Positions 10,116 to 19,584 of a stretch of 64,000 nucleotides of DNA are shown piece by piece. The notes below the pieces were generated by a model that had not been told where the DNA came from, did not search any database, and saw only the letters and a program-made list of their open reading frames with translations. Made by a program: the position numbers and the translations under genes. This DNA comes from Nitrospinaceae bacterium (GTDB lineage Bacteria > Nitrospinota > Nitrospinia > Nitrospinales > Nitrospinaceae): assembly GCA_965223665.1 (NCBI GenBank), contig OZ245011.1, positions 3,616,001-3,680,000 of the forward strand. Reading direction: 5' to 3'. Numbering within the stretch: the first letter of the stretch is position 1; each line of letters starts with the position of its first letter.

Positions 10116-11006
10116 ATGACAGCAACCAAAGTTAAACCTCGATATTTAGATAATGGTGATGGAACCATAACCGACCTTCGCAAAAATCTGATGTGGGTTA
10201 AAAACGATACTTGGGTTGAGCTGGGTCGTTTGATCACTTGGTGGGATGGAGCAGATTATGTGAAGGAATTGAACTCTAAAAAGTTTGCCGGGTTTTCCAA
10301 TTGGAGAATACCAAACGCACATGAGGCTAAAGAACTTTATGACCCGGGATTAAGTAATATTGATATGGAGGGATGTGAAATTCATATTGATCCAGTTTTT
10401 TCTTCAGGTTGTGGTTATTCCACATGGACTACTGAAACACGAGGAGCCAAAGCTGCTATGGGCTATGATTACCGAGCTGATTATGAGTTTTGGCTTGCTA
10501 GGGAAAACGATGGGTTCCCAAGTGGATTACGTCCCGTTAGGAGTATAGAAGAAGACGGGAAATTGCCTCGTGAAGAACGTTTTATTGATAATAGAGACGG
10601 AACGGTTAGCGATCTTGAAATGAATTTGATGTGGAAAAAAGATGATTCATTTTTGGATCTTGATAAATGGATTAGTTGGCAAGAGGCAAAAATATTCATT
10701 GGAGAGCTAAATAAAGATAATTTCGCAGGACATTCCGACTGGCGTATGCCATCCCGTAAAGAAGCGCAATCCATTCATGATCCCTCTAGCCCGGTGGAAG
10801 ATACCTATGGGGATACTATTTTTATTGTACCGACATTTTCTCCGGGTGCTGGCCAAACCTCTTGGACTAAAACTTTGCATAAGACTGATGATACGGTGGC
10901 GATTCGATTTAATTTTTATAGTGGAGATTTTAAGTTCCATAAAAAGGGTTTGAGAAGTCACGGTGTTCGACCGGTTAGGGATATTAAGGAAAGCTTGGAG
11001 AATTGA
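10116..11006 (+). CDS. tandem double-DUF1566 protein
   Basis: Two copies of R(Y/F).DN.DGT..D..LMW...FAG...WR.P...RPVR. Confidence 0.9.
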   Translation: MTATKVKPRYLDNGDGTITDLRKNLMWVKNDTWVELGRLITWWDGADYVKELNSKKFAGFSNWRIPNAHEAKELYDPGLSNIDMEGCEIHIDPVFSSGCGYSTWTTETRGAKAAMGYDYRADYEFWLARENDGFPSGLRPVRSIEEDGKLPREERFIDNRDGTVSDLEMNLMWKKDDSFLDLDKWISWQEAKIFIGELNKDNFAGHSDWRMPSRKEAQSIHDPSSPVEDTYGDTIFIVPTFSPGAGQTSWTKTLHKTDDTVAIRFNFYSGDFKFHKKGLRSHGVRPVRDIKESLEN

Positions 11007-11009
11007 TCA

Positions 11010-11468
11010 ATGAGTCAATCTTCTGCACCGAAATCTCAATCATCAAAGACGTTGCGATTTGCTGAAGCAGATGAGCATTCAGTCATTGATTTAAAGAAAC
11101 GATTAATATGGCTAAAGCAAGATACTCGACAATTGACTGGAAAATGGCTTAGTTGGGTGCAGGCCAGGGATTATGCAAAAGAATTAAATTCTGCAAGTTA
11201 TGGGGGATTCAGGACCTGGAGAATGCCTTCGGTAGAAGAGGCTCGAACTTTATTTGATAAAACTCAATCCAATAAAGACCATATGGGTCAAAAAGCTTTA
11301 ATTCCGGAAGTTTTCCCTGAGGGGTTTGGTTTTTTGTGTTGGACTAAAGATGTGCGAAATAAGGTACAGGCAATCCGTTTCAGTTTTCGAAAAGGAAGTA
11401 TTATGTACGATGATATTTACAGGGTGTCCCGAGGGGCCACTCGATTTGTGAGAGAGATAGAGAAGTAA
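11010..11468 (+). CDS. DUF1566 protein
   Basis: LIWLKQD...YGGFRTWRMPSVEEA...CWT...TRFVR. Confidence 0.8.
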   Translation: MSQSSAPKSQSSKTLRFAEADEHSVIDLKKRLIWLKQDTRQLTGKWLSWVQARDYAKELNSASYGGFRTWRMPSVEEARTLFDKTQSNKDHMGQKALIPEVFPEGFGFLCWTKDVRNKVQAIRFSFRKGSIMYDDIYRVSRGATRFVREIEK

Positions 11469-11471
11469 ATC

Positions 11472-11900
11472 ATGGGTAAAAGATTCGTAGACAATGGGGA
11501 TGGGACGGTAACAGATAATGAAACCCAATTAATGTGGAAGCAAACGGATGGCTTTCAAGATGAAAGTATTTTTCACACATGGTTTAAAGCGGAAGATTAT
11601 GTTCGTAAGTTAAATTTAAAAAAGTTTGCCGGGTATAATGATTGGCGTATGCCAACATTAAATGAGGCTGAATCTTTATTTAATGAAGACGATCCAATTC
11701 GTGATTGTGACCGGTTTGAAATTTTCATTGATGATGCTTTTTCTCCAGGAGGGGGTTACACAACCTGGACTTGCGATTTAAAACCTCATAATGGGGCAGT
11801 GATTTTTTATTTTCGATACGGACATGCCAATGTCAATAACCGCGATGATCCGTCAAAAGACTCAATCCGGGCCGTGCGAAATATAATTAATAAAGAGTAA
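11472..11900 (+). CDS. DUF1566 protein
   Basis: RFVDNGDGTVTDNETQLMW...FAGYNDWRMPT...SIRAVR. Confidence 0.9.
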   Translation: MGKRFVDNGDGTVTDNETQLMWKQTDGFQDESIFHTWFKAEDYVRKLNLKKFAGYNDWRMPTLNEAESLFNEDDPIRDCDRFEIFIDDAFSPGGGYTTWTCDLKPHNGAVIFYFRYGHANVNNRDDPSKDSIRAVRNIINKE

Positions 11901-11978
11901 GGTAAATCATTATTTTTAAGAAGGAGGTTTGTCATCGAGGGCTATCATGTAATTAATCGAGAGGAAAGCCTCAATGCG

Positions 11979-12770
11979 ATGCTTACATACAGATTCGAAC
12001 AGGAGAATTTTCGTAACCTGTATGTATTGGAGGATTATTATTGCACTAATCCATTTTGCGATTGCAACCATGTGACTATTTCTTTTAGTGATAAGGAGAA
12101 TATTGATAACCGGTTTTCCTTTTTGTTGAACTTTAACAAAAAAACAGGAACATTACCCAACCAACCCGCTCTAACAACCGAACAGAATGCAATTGTTAAA
12201 GAGTTTATCGAAAGTCTTTCAGATGAGTTATTGATCTTATTTAAACAACGATATATGGAAGCAAAGGCTTTTGGGGAAAAGAACCCCATGTCCTATTTGG
12301 TATTTGAACCAGGACGTTATGTGAATTATATTGAAGTGCGCCCTCGGGGTAGCGAGCTTTTAGATTTTTCTTATAAAGGTGAAAAATATTTTGCCGAGGA
12401 TGCTTATGAATTAGATCCACGAAATGACAATAAAAGTGTCCAGCTTACCTTTTATAGATTTGAACAAGAGGATGAGAAAACACCTCCGATATTTGCATAT
12501 AAATTTTACTTTGATGAGAAAGAAAGAGAACAAGAGGACGCAAAACTTGATTCTGACAAAAGTGATATGTTATTAGAATTTAATGGGTTTATTCCTAATT
12601 TGAACGATATATTAAAAAAGCGTTACAAGGAAACAAAGGGAATTGGGAAAGAGCTTTTAAATTCTTCACCTAAATTGGAATTTCAACCTCATAAAATCTC
12701 TAGAAATGACCTGTGTCCTTGTGGTTCAGGAAAAAAATATAAGAAATGTTGTGCGTTAAAAATTAATTAA
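11979..12770 (+). CDS. SEC-C motif protein
   Basis: C-terminal SRNDLCPCGSGKKYKKCC; N-terminal YCTNPFCDC. Confidence 0.85.
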   Translation: MLTYRFEQENFRNLYVLEDYYCTNPFCDCNHVTISFSDKENIDNRFSFLLNFNKKTGTLPNQPALTTEQNAIVKEFIESLSDELLILFKQRYMEAKAFGEKNPMSYLVFEPGRYVNYIEVRPRGSELLDFSYKGEKYFAEDAYELDPRNDNKSVQLTFYRFEQEDEKTPPIFAYKFYFDEKEREQEDAKLDSDKSDMLLEFNGFIPNLNDILKKRYKETKGIGKELLNSSPKLEFQPHKISRNDLCPCGSGKKYKKCCALKIN

Positions 12771-12850
12771 GAATTTTATTATTCTTGTTATTTAAAAATT
12801 AAAATTTAATTTCAGTAATTGATCACTGATAATTTTAAAGCGAGACCATT

Positions 12851-13405
12851 ATGAGTACCAAAGAGAAAAAAGTTAAAAAAGTCCAGGCACGTCATATTTT
12901 AGTGGCAACCAAAGAATTAGCTGAAGAATTGAAGCAAAAAATTGATGAGGGAGAGGACTTCGCTAAACTTGCTGAACAACATAGCGAGTGCCCTTCGAAA
13001 AAGCGAGGTGGCGATTTAGGTTGGTTTGGAAAAGGTGCAATGGTTAGGCCTTTTGAAGTGGCCGCGTTTTCTGCACAAGAAGGAGATATTGTTGGTCCTT
13101 TAAAAACCGAGTTTGGTTGGCATCTGATCTATGTTTATGAAATCAAAGATGATGTTGACCCTGACTCCGGGCCACCTACTGGCGATGAAGATGCGGATGA
13201 AAAAACGCTACGCTTAGTTGCAGAAAATTATGCGCATGAGTTTTTGATGTTAGGTTACTCTAGTAAAAAAGTTTTGAGTTTGTTTACCAGTACCCATTTT
13301 AAATCTGCAAATGCTGTCTATAATATTTTGGGTGAAGAGGTTATCAATGAAGTTATAGCCAAAGTTTTTGGGCAATCTGGAAAATCTGAAGAGGGAAAAA
13401 AATAG
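12851..13405 (+). CDS. parvulin-type peptidyl-prolyl isomerase with extra C-terminal domain
   Basis: ARHILV...FAKLAEQHSECPSKKRGGDLGWF..GAMVRPFE..AF...TEFGWHLI. Confidence 0.9.
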   Translation: MSTKEKKVKKVQARHILVATKELAEELKQKIDEGEDFAKLAEQHSECPSKKRGGDLGWFGKGAMVRPFEVAAFSAQEGDIVGPLKTEFGWHLIYVYEIKDDVDPDSGPPTGDEDADEKTLRLVAENYAHEFLMLGYSSKKVLSLFTSTHFKSANAVYNILGEEVINEVIAKVFGQSGKSEEGKK

Positions 13406-13420
13406 ATTTGATCTTGGTTA

Positions 13421-13464
13421 AAAAATAAATCGCCTAAACCATTAACGGTTTAGGCGATTTTTTT
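13421..13464. terminator. bidirectional intrinsic terminator
   Basis: AAATCGCCTAAACC-ATTAAC-GGTTTAGGCGATTT with flanking A and T runs, between convergent genes. Confidence 0.85.
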
Positions 13465-13466
13465 AC

Positions 13467-15044
13467 TTAAAGGATCACAGAAAATACTTCTACAACATTT
13501 GAAGTTTCTCGAAGTTCTCTTATGGCTTCACTGGTGGGAGGAGAATCAATATTAATTACTGAGACCGCATTTCCCTTTTCAAGTCTTCCCAAATGAAAAC
13601 CTGCAATGTTAATATTATTCTTTCCTAAAACTTGACCCAAATTTCCAATAACACCTGGGACATCTTTATTGCTTGTAATAAGCATATGCTTTGAAATAAC
13701 TGCCTCAAAAGAATATTCGTCGAAGCCAACAATTCGTGGGTCTCCTTTACCAAATATACTTCCGGTAATTTGACGTTGGCCGCTTTTAGTTTCAACGGCT
13801 ACCTGAATAGTGCTAGTGTATTCCTTAATTTCATTGCTTTTTAATTCCTGAACTTCAATGCCTCTTTCTTTTGCAATAAAGGGGGCATTGACCATATTGA
13901 TGCCATCTATAGTTCCAGTAAAAATTCCTTTTAGGACAGAAATAGTGACTGGTTGTACATTTAGATTAGCAACCTCCCCATTGTACTGAACTTTTACTTT
14001 CGTAATGGGGCTGTCTACCAATTGGGCAACAATCTTCCCCAAATCTTCTCCCAAATTAAGAAAAGGTTTGATTTTTTTCAAAAGTTCTTCATCAATTGAA
14101 GGCATATTGACCGCATTTTGGATGCTACCATATTTTAAGAAATCGATAATTTGATCACACACGGCAATTGCCACCTTATCCTGGGCTTCTCCGGTAGAAG
14201 CGCCTAAATGCGGGGTACAAATTATTTCATCCACATCCAGTAGAGGACTGTCGCCTGGTAATGGTTCTTGATCGTATACATCTAAAGCCGCTTGAGCTAC
14301 TTTTTTATCTTTGACTGCTTGAATGAGAGCCTCCGTATCAATTAGCCCTCCTCTTGCACAGTTAATAATACGAACCCCAGGTTTCACTTGATCGAACTCT
14401 TCTTTACCCAACAAAGGTTTTCCGCCAATTTTTGGTGTGTGCAAACTAATGAAATCAGATCTACTTAACAGATCTTTAAGCTCAACTGCTTCCACCCCCA
14501 TTTTTTCCGCATGTTCTTTAGAAATATAAGGATCATAAGCAAGAACTTTCATATCAAACCCTTTAGCCCGACTTGCGACAACGGAACCAATTCGACCCAG
14601 CCCCACAATCCCTAAAGTTTTGCCAAAAAGCTCTACTCCCATAAATACTTTAGGTGTCCATTTTTTTTCTTTTTTCAGAGAAACGGTGGCTTGAGGAATA
14701 TTGCGAGACATGCTTAACATTAAAGCTAATGCATGTTCAGCAGTTGTGATCATATTTCCATCCGGAGCATTCATAACAATTATGCCCTTTTTACCAGCTG
14801 CATCCAGATCAATATTATCTACACCAACACCAGCGCGGCCAATCACTTTTAATTTGGAAGCCGCTTCAATAACATCTGCAGTGACTTTAGTTGCACTCCG
14901 AACAATTAAACCTTCATAATCGGGGATTACTTTAATCAATTCCTCTTTGGGCATTCCGGTTTTAACATCAACATCGATGCCACTTTCTTTTTGTAATATT
15001 TCAACTCCAAGCTTGGAAAGATTATCGCTAACAAGGACTTTCAT
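13467..15044 (-). CDS. serA: D-3-phosphoglycerate dehydrogenase (long form with ASB and ACT domains)
   Basis: [22 protein letters not shown] and TPHLGAST motifs; C-terminal ACT-like domain. Confidence 0.95.
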   Translation of the reverse strand: MKVLVSDNLSKLGVEILQKESGIDVDVKTGMPKEELIKVIPDYEGLIVRSATKVTADVIEAASKLKVIGRAGVGVDNIDLDAAGKKGIIVMNAPDGNMITTAEHALALMLSMSRNIPQATVSLKKEKKWTPKVFMGVELFGKTLGIVGLGRIGSVVASRAKGFDMKVLAYDPYISKEHAEKMGVEAVELKDLLSRSDFISLHTPKIGGKPLLGKEEFDQVKPGVRIINCARGGLIDTEALIQAVKDKKVAQAALDVYDQEPLPGDSPLLDVDEIICTPHLGASTGEAQDKVAIAVCDQIIDFLKYGSIQNAVNMPSIDEELLKKIKPFLNLGEDLGKIVAQLVDSPITKVKVQYNGEVANLNVQPVTISVLKGIFTGTIDGINMVNAPFIAKERGIEVQELKSNEIKEYTSTIQVAVETKSGQRQITGSIFGKGDPRIVGFDEYSFEAVISKHMLITSNKDVPGVIGNLGQVLGKNNINIAGFHLGRLEKGNAVSVINIDSPPTSEAIRELRETSNVVEVFSVIL

Positions 15045-15108
15045 GTTTAAACTCCAAAGGGTATATATTCAATAAAGATGTTGATTTAAATTTTTTAAGT
15101 ATCCATAT

Positions 15109-16254
15109 TTAATAGGCTTCTAATAGAATTTCCTGGGCTGCCGCCACACCTTTTCCCATTTCAACCGGGTGACCAAATTTTTTCAAAGCCATTTCTAAGG
15201 CGGAGATTCCTATAATGGTATCAAAAGTATCAACATAACCAAGGTGTGCAATGCGAATAACTTTTCCTTTCCATTGATCTTGTCCTCCAGCCATTGTGAC
15301 ACCAAATCCATCTCTTAAAGTTTTGACTATTTTCCCACCATCAATTCCTTCGGGAACAAAAACTCCTGTTGCGCTATCTGCAGGAGAATCTGTGGCTATT
15401 ATCTTTAATCCCAAAGCTTTAACAGCTGCTCGAGTAGCTCTTGCTAAACGGTTATGGCGTTTATGGACATTTTCGATGCCTTCTTCCTTAACGCTCTTGA
15501 GTACAGAACGTAAGCCTATGACCAGCGAAACAGCCGGTGTATAAGCAGAAGTTTGATTTTTTAAATTTTTGCGTTCTTTCTTCAAATCAAAATAAAAGTG
15601 TGGGCACTTACTTTGATCAGCAAATTTCCAGGCCTTTTCACTTAAGGCAACCAGGGCCAGTCCCGGAGGAAGTTGTAATGCTTTTTGAGATCCAGTAATT
15701 AACGCATCAATTCCCCATTCATCCATGGGTAATGGGAAAACACCTACACCAGTAATTCCATCCACAACTAATAAAATATCATCTCGGTCTCGTGTCAACT
15801 TAGATAACTCTTCAATTGGATGAGCAGCGGTTGTACTGGTTTCACTTGCTTGAGTTAAAATTCCGCGAATGTCAGAATGTTCTTCTAAGATTTTTTTGAC
15901 TTCTTGAATATCTGCGGATCGTCCCCATTCAACGTTAAGCCATACGGGTTCCATGCCAAACGTTTCGCAGATTTTTCCCCAGCGCTCTCCAAATTTTCCT
16001 CCATTGATTACTAACAATTTATCTCCGGGTGAAAATAAATTTGTCACACAACTTTCCATTCCCCCGGTTCCTGTGGAAGCTAATATCAAAACATCTTGTT
16101 TGGTTTGAAATAAATATTTAGCATCCTCAGCCGCTTCAGCAAATATTTGGCTAAATTGAGGAGTCCGATGGTGAACCATTGGAGCTGCCATATCTAAATT
16201 AACAGTTTCTGGAACTGGAGTAGGACCAGGAGCTAATAAATAAGTCTTCTTCAT
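15109..16254 (-). CDS. class V PLP aminotransferase (alanine-glyoxylate/serine-pyruvate type)
   Basis: APGPTPVP, ETST, TGSQKAL.LPPGL (PLP lysine), IRIAHLG. Confidence 0.9.
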   Translation of the reverse strand: MKKTYLLAPGPTPVPETVNLDMAAPMVHHRTPQFSQIFAEAAEDAKYLFQTKQDVLILASTGTGGMESCVTNLFSPGDKLLVINGGKFGERWGKICETFGMEPVWLNVEWGRSADIQEVKKILEEHSDIRGILTQASETSTTAAHPIEELSKLTRDRDDILLVVDGITGVGVFPLPMDEWGIDALITGSQKALQLPPGLALVALSEKAWKFADQSKCPHFYFDLKKERKNLKNQTSAYTPAVSLVIGLRSVLKSVKEEGIENVHKRHNRLARATRAAVKALGLKIIATDSPADSATGVFVPEGIDGGKIVKTLRDGFGVTMAGGQDQWKGKVIRIAHLGYVDTFDTIIGISALEMALKKFGHPVEMGKGVAAAQEILLEAY

Positions 16255-16284
16255 GTTGTAAAGTTTCCTGTGAAAAATTTTTAA

Positions 16285-16746
16285 TTATGAATTTTGAACC
16301 ACGATTGTTTTAGCCAACTTATCGTGAAAAGTTTGATTATTTTCGTCAAATAGAGCCCAAAGAAACCCAATTCCTAAAGTTAAGAAAGAAATCCAATAAC
16401 CAAAAAATGATCGGATAAATGCTGTGGAATAATTTATGGGAGCTCCATTATCATTTTTAACTAAGATTCCCAGAAGCTTTTTCCCAGGAGTTTGCCCATT
16501 ATTCCCTAAAAAACTAACAAAATAAATAATCCATATAAGAGTATTTAATATAAAAAAAACTCCTAACCAAAGGATAACTTCATTGGGGAAGCCGTTATCC
16601 CAAGAATTTGCGGAAAAAATTTTACCCCAATCCGGAAACTCGTTCCCAATTGCCAAAAGTGGAGTTAAAATTATTCCCAATATTTCCAAAATAGTAATAT
16701 CTACCAAAAGTGCAAGATATCGGCGATACAAACCGGCTTTTTTCAT
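16285..16746 (-). CDS. RDD family membrane protein
   Basis: RRYLALLVD, GQTPGKKLLGI and QTFHDKLAKT motifs. Confidence 0.9.
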   Translation of the reverse strand: MKKAGLYRRYLALLVDITILEILGIILTPLLAIGNEFPDWGKIFSANSWDNGFPNEVILWLGVFFILNTLIWIIYFVSFLGNNGQTPGKKLLGILVKNDNGAPINYSTAFIRSFFGYWISFLTLGIGFLWALFDENNQTFHDKLAKTIVVQNS

Positions 16747-17028
16747 GGAAGATATCAGAGAATGGATTTTGGGACGATGAAACGACTTCTATTGATTAAA
16801 AAAACTAGTGGCAATCAAAAGCCAACTATTTTTAATCCAAATTGGAGTTTTTATCAGATTTTTCAATGAAAATCACTACAAAATCGGGCTTTTTTGAAAT
16901 TTTTAAACCTAAAGCTTATAATGGATTCTTAAAAAAAAGAAATAGCCCATTAAGTTTCTGTTTAATAAGATATTGGGGTCACAAAAAAGAATTTATAATT
17001 GCAATGGAGGATTTAAGACAGGAAGGGA

Positions 17029-18018
17029 TTATTTTTCTTTACTCTCATCATCTTCGTTCTCTAACTCTAATCCATCCAATTCTAAGGATAGATCATCATC
17101 TGAAGATTCTATAGGGGGAACCTCCTCTATTTTATCTTGAGGTTCAAAATCTAAATTTGAGGACTCAGGTTTTTCTTCTAAATCCATCGTATCCATATCG
17201 AAATTAATTTCATTCTCTTCATTAATTTCCTCAGAGGTGTCACTTTTTTCAGTGGATTCAGTTGTTTCTGTGGCCTCGCTTGTTTCTGTTATTTCATCAT
17301 TATTTTGAGTTGCAGCATCCAATGAATCTTCTTGTAAGGAAATTTCCTCATTTTCATCGGTAAATGAAAAGTCAGAATCATCTGAATCAAGTGAAGTTTC
17401 TTCATCAAAATCTAAGTCCAGATCCAGGTCCCCAGTAATTTCAGAATCTAAATCATCCAGATCAAACCCTAACCCTTCAATATCTTCTGAATCTTGGTCT
17501 GTAGTGACATCTAATGAAACCTCGGGGTCTAAATCGACGTCATCATCAATAGAAACTTCAGGTTCCATTGAGTTTGATTGATTAATTAGAGTTGGTGTGT
17601 CTGCAATTGCTGTCGCCTCAGTAAGGTCTAAATGGAAATCATTTGGGGAGCTTTTATCAAAATCGTCTTCGACATCTTGTAGTTCCGAAACCCCTTCAAT
17701 AGTATCAAGGTAGCCGTCCCCATTTCCATTCCCATTTTCATGAAGATGGTTAGCTTCACTTAAGTCTAAATCAAAATCTTCAGCGGGTTCTGGTTTGGGG
17801 TAATCTAAATCTGCATCTGCAATTGAGGCGAATTCAGATTCTGAGCCATTATTATGACCATTTCCAGATGAAAACTCAGGAATGGGGCCGTCGAATATTG
17901 TAAAACCTACCTCTGCAGCCACTTCTACAGGGAGTTTTGAAGCCGTTTTTGCTTCGTTACAACTCGGACACTTCTTCGATTGCTTGAAGTTAATATAACC
18001 ACAATTTGTACACTGCAT
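17029..18018 (-). CDS. zinc-ribbon protein with long acidic low-complexity tail
   Basis: MQCTNCG...KKCPSC followed by a D/E/L-rich region; the upstream in-frame extension in the track is AT-rich and probably non-coding. Confidence 0.75.
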   Translation of the reverse strand: MQCTNCGYINFKQSKKCPSCNEAKTASKLPVEVAAEVGFTIFDGPIPEFSSGNGHNNGSESEFASIADADLDYPKPEPAEDFDLDLSEANHLHENGNGNGDGYLDTIEGVSELQDVEDDFDKSSPNDFHLDLTEATAIADTPTLINQSNSMEPEVSIDDDVDLDPEVSLDVTTDQDSEDIEGLGFDLDDLDSEITGDLDLDLDFDEETSLDSDDSDFSFTDENEEISLQEDSLDAATQNNDEITETSEATETTESTEKSDTSEEINEENEINFDMDTMDLEEKPESSNLDFEPQDKIEEVPPIESSDDDLSLELDGLELENEDDESKEK

Positions 18019-18202
18019 ACTTAAAATGTTAAGGGAAGGATAGAATAACGTCAAGAAAAATAAGTAATTAGCGGAGAATTGAATTTGCCCAATATGGAAA
18101 ATTAAAATTTTCTTAAAAAAGATTGAAAAACCCTTACAAATTAGAATATTTTTTTTTGATTCAATAGAAAATAAACTAAAAAAGTCAAAAAATTTTTTTG
18201 TC

Positions 18203-19480
18203 TTATCTGGAAATAATTGGATCTGCATTTCCATCAGGGTCTTTTAAGGCGACTCCGTTTGAATTAGGAAATTCATTGAGTAATAAAACTCCGCAAACAT
18301 GCGGAGCGGACATTGAAGTGCCAGAAAAAATGGTTACGCCTCCTCCCTTTTTTGTGGATAAAACTTGTACCCCCGGAGCAGCAAAATCTACAGGGGTCCC
18401 ATAGTTGGAAAAAGAAGCAAATTCATCGTTACTGTTAATTGCGGAAACTGTGTAAATATTAGGATGATTTATATGCGCTGGTTCGTAGTTATTTGCATCG
18501 TCCGCTTCATTTCCCGCCGCAATGGCAATACGAATTCCCAAATTGGCCAATTTTAAAACACTGTCATGAAGGCTTTGCCAATGGCCTAATATTCCAAAGC
18601 TCATGTTGACGCAATCTCCTGGTTGAGCAAAATTGGAGATATAGTCAATACCCATAATAGCGTCAGAAACTCTTCCTTTACCACTGGGCCCTAAAATGCG
18701 AACGGAATTTATTACCGTTCCTGCTGCAACACCAACAACGTCAATTTCATTGTCTATTGCTCCGATAGTACCTGCTATATGGGTTCCATGTCCGTGAACA
18801 TCACTTCCAGTGTTTTTTCCTGTTTGGGAAAAATTTACGGACAATCCAGTGTTTAAATCAGGGTGAGTGTCATCGACTCCAGAATCCAAAACCCAAGCTT
18901 CCGGACTTTCTTCATTTACGGTGACGGGTCCTCCTACTTTAATTATTCCAATTGGAATTTCCTGAGGTATGTCATTTTTTTTCTTTTTTGATATTGAAAA
19001 TGTATTTTTTTGAGACCCATGGAGAGAGTTTTTGGTCATAGAATCTACCATCCAAATAATTCCATCTCTCTCATAATACTTAATGGACTTTGATTCATTA
19101 GCCAGTTTTGCAGCTGAGGCATCAGACATATTTGCACTAAAACCTTTGATGGAATGTTGATAAATATGGCCAATTTCTCCATTAAACTTTTTTGATAATC
19201 CTTTGGCCAGCCCAGGAACATCTTTGGAATGAATATCATCCGATTCGAAAATAAAAATGAAGTTGTTTTGTGTTTTTTGAATTAAATTTCTGTCTGAAGA
19301 ATTGAACATGGAATCGGATTGTGCATGAGAATTTAAAACTGAAAGAGAAAGGATAAAAATAATAAAGATGAAGTTAATAAATTGAGGAATCATAATTTTA
19401 CTCTGGATAAGGTTGTAGGGGGCAAACCAACTAATAAAAATCAAAGATCCGGAAAACTTGAGATTTGCATCGAAGTTCAA
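18203..19480 (-). CDS. secreted subtilisin-like S8 peptidase with I9-like propeptide
   Basis: VLDSG, HGHGTH and GTSMSAPH catalytic triad motifs; true start probably slightly downstream (MIPQF). Confidence 0.9.
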   Translation of the reverse strand: MNFDANLKFSGSLIFISWFAPYNLIQSKIMIPQFINFIFIIFILSLSVLNSHAQSDSMFNSSDRNLIQKTQNNFIFIFESDDIHSKDVPGLAKGLSKKFNGEIGHIYQHSIKGFSANMSDASAAKLANESKSIKYYERDGIIWMVDSMTKNSLHGSQKNTFSISKKKKNDIPQEIPIGIIKVGGPVTVNEESPEAWVLDSGVDDTHPDLNTGLSVNFSQTGKNTGSDVHGHGTHIAGTIGAIDNEIDVVGVAAGTVINSVRILGPSGKGRVSDAIMGIDYISNFAQPGDCVNMSFGILGHWQSLHDSVLKLANLGIRIAIAAGNEADDANNYEPAHINHPNIYTVSAINSNDEFASFSNYGTPVDFAAPGVQVLSTKKGGGVTIFSGTSMSAPHVCGVLLLNEFPNSNGVALKDPDGNADPIISR

Positions 19481-19584
19481 TAAATTCCATTATGAGTTGG
19501 AAAGGCAAAAATAATCAATAAAAAACTATTGAAAAATAGGAGGTTAACTAATTTAGGGGGGAGGCTGAAGCCCAATCTCAAAAT

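Noticed and set aside
4640-11900. Diversity-generating retroelement targeting the DUF1566 genes
   Set aside because: No reverse transcriptase and no near-identical template/variable repeat pair differing only at adenines was seen; the similarities are ordinary paralogy
18019-18234. N-terminal extension of the 401-aa ORF
   Set aside because: AT-rich F/I/K-biased translation overlapping the subtilase stop; the zinc ribbon starts at 18018
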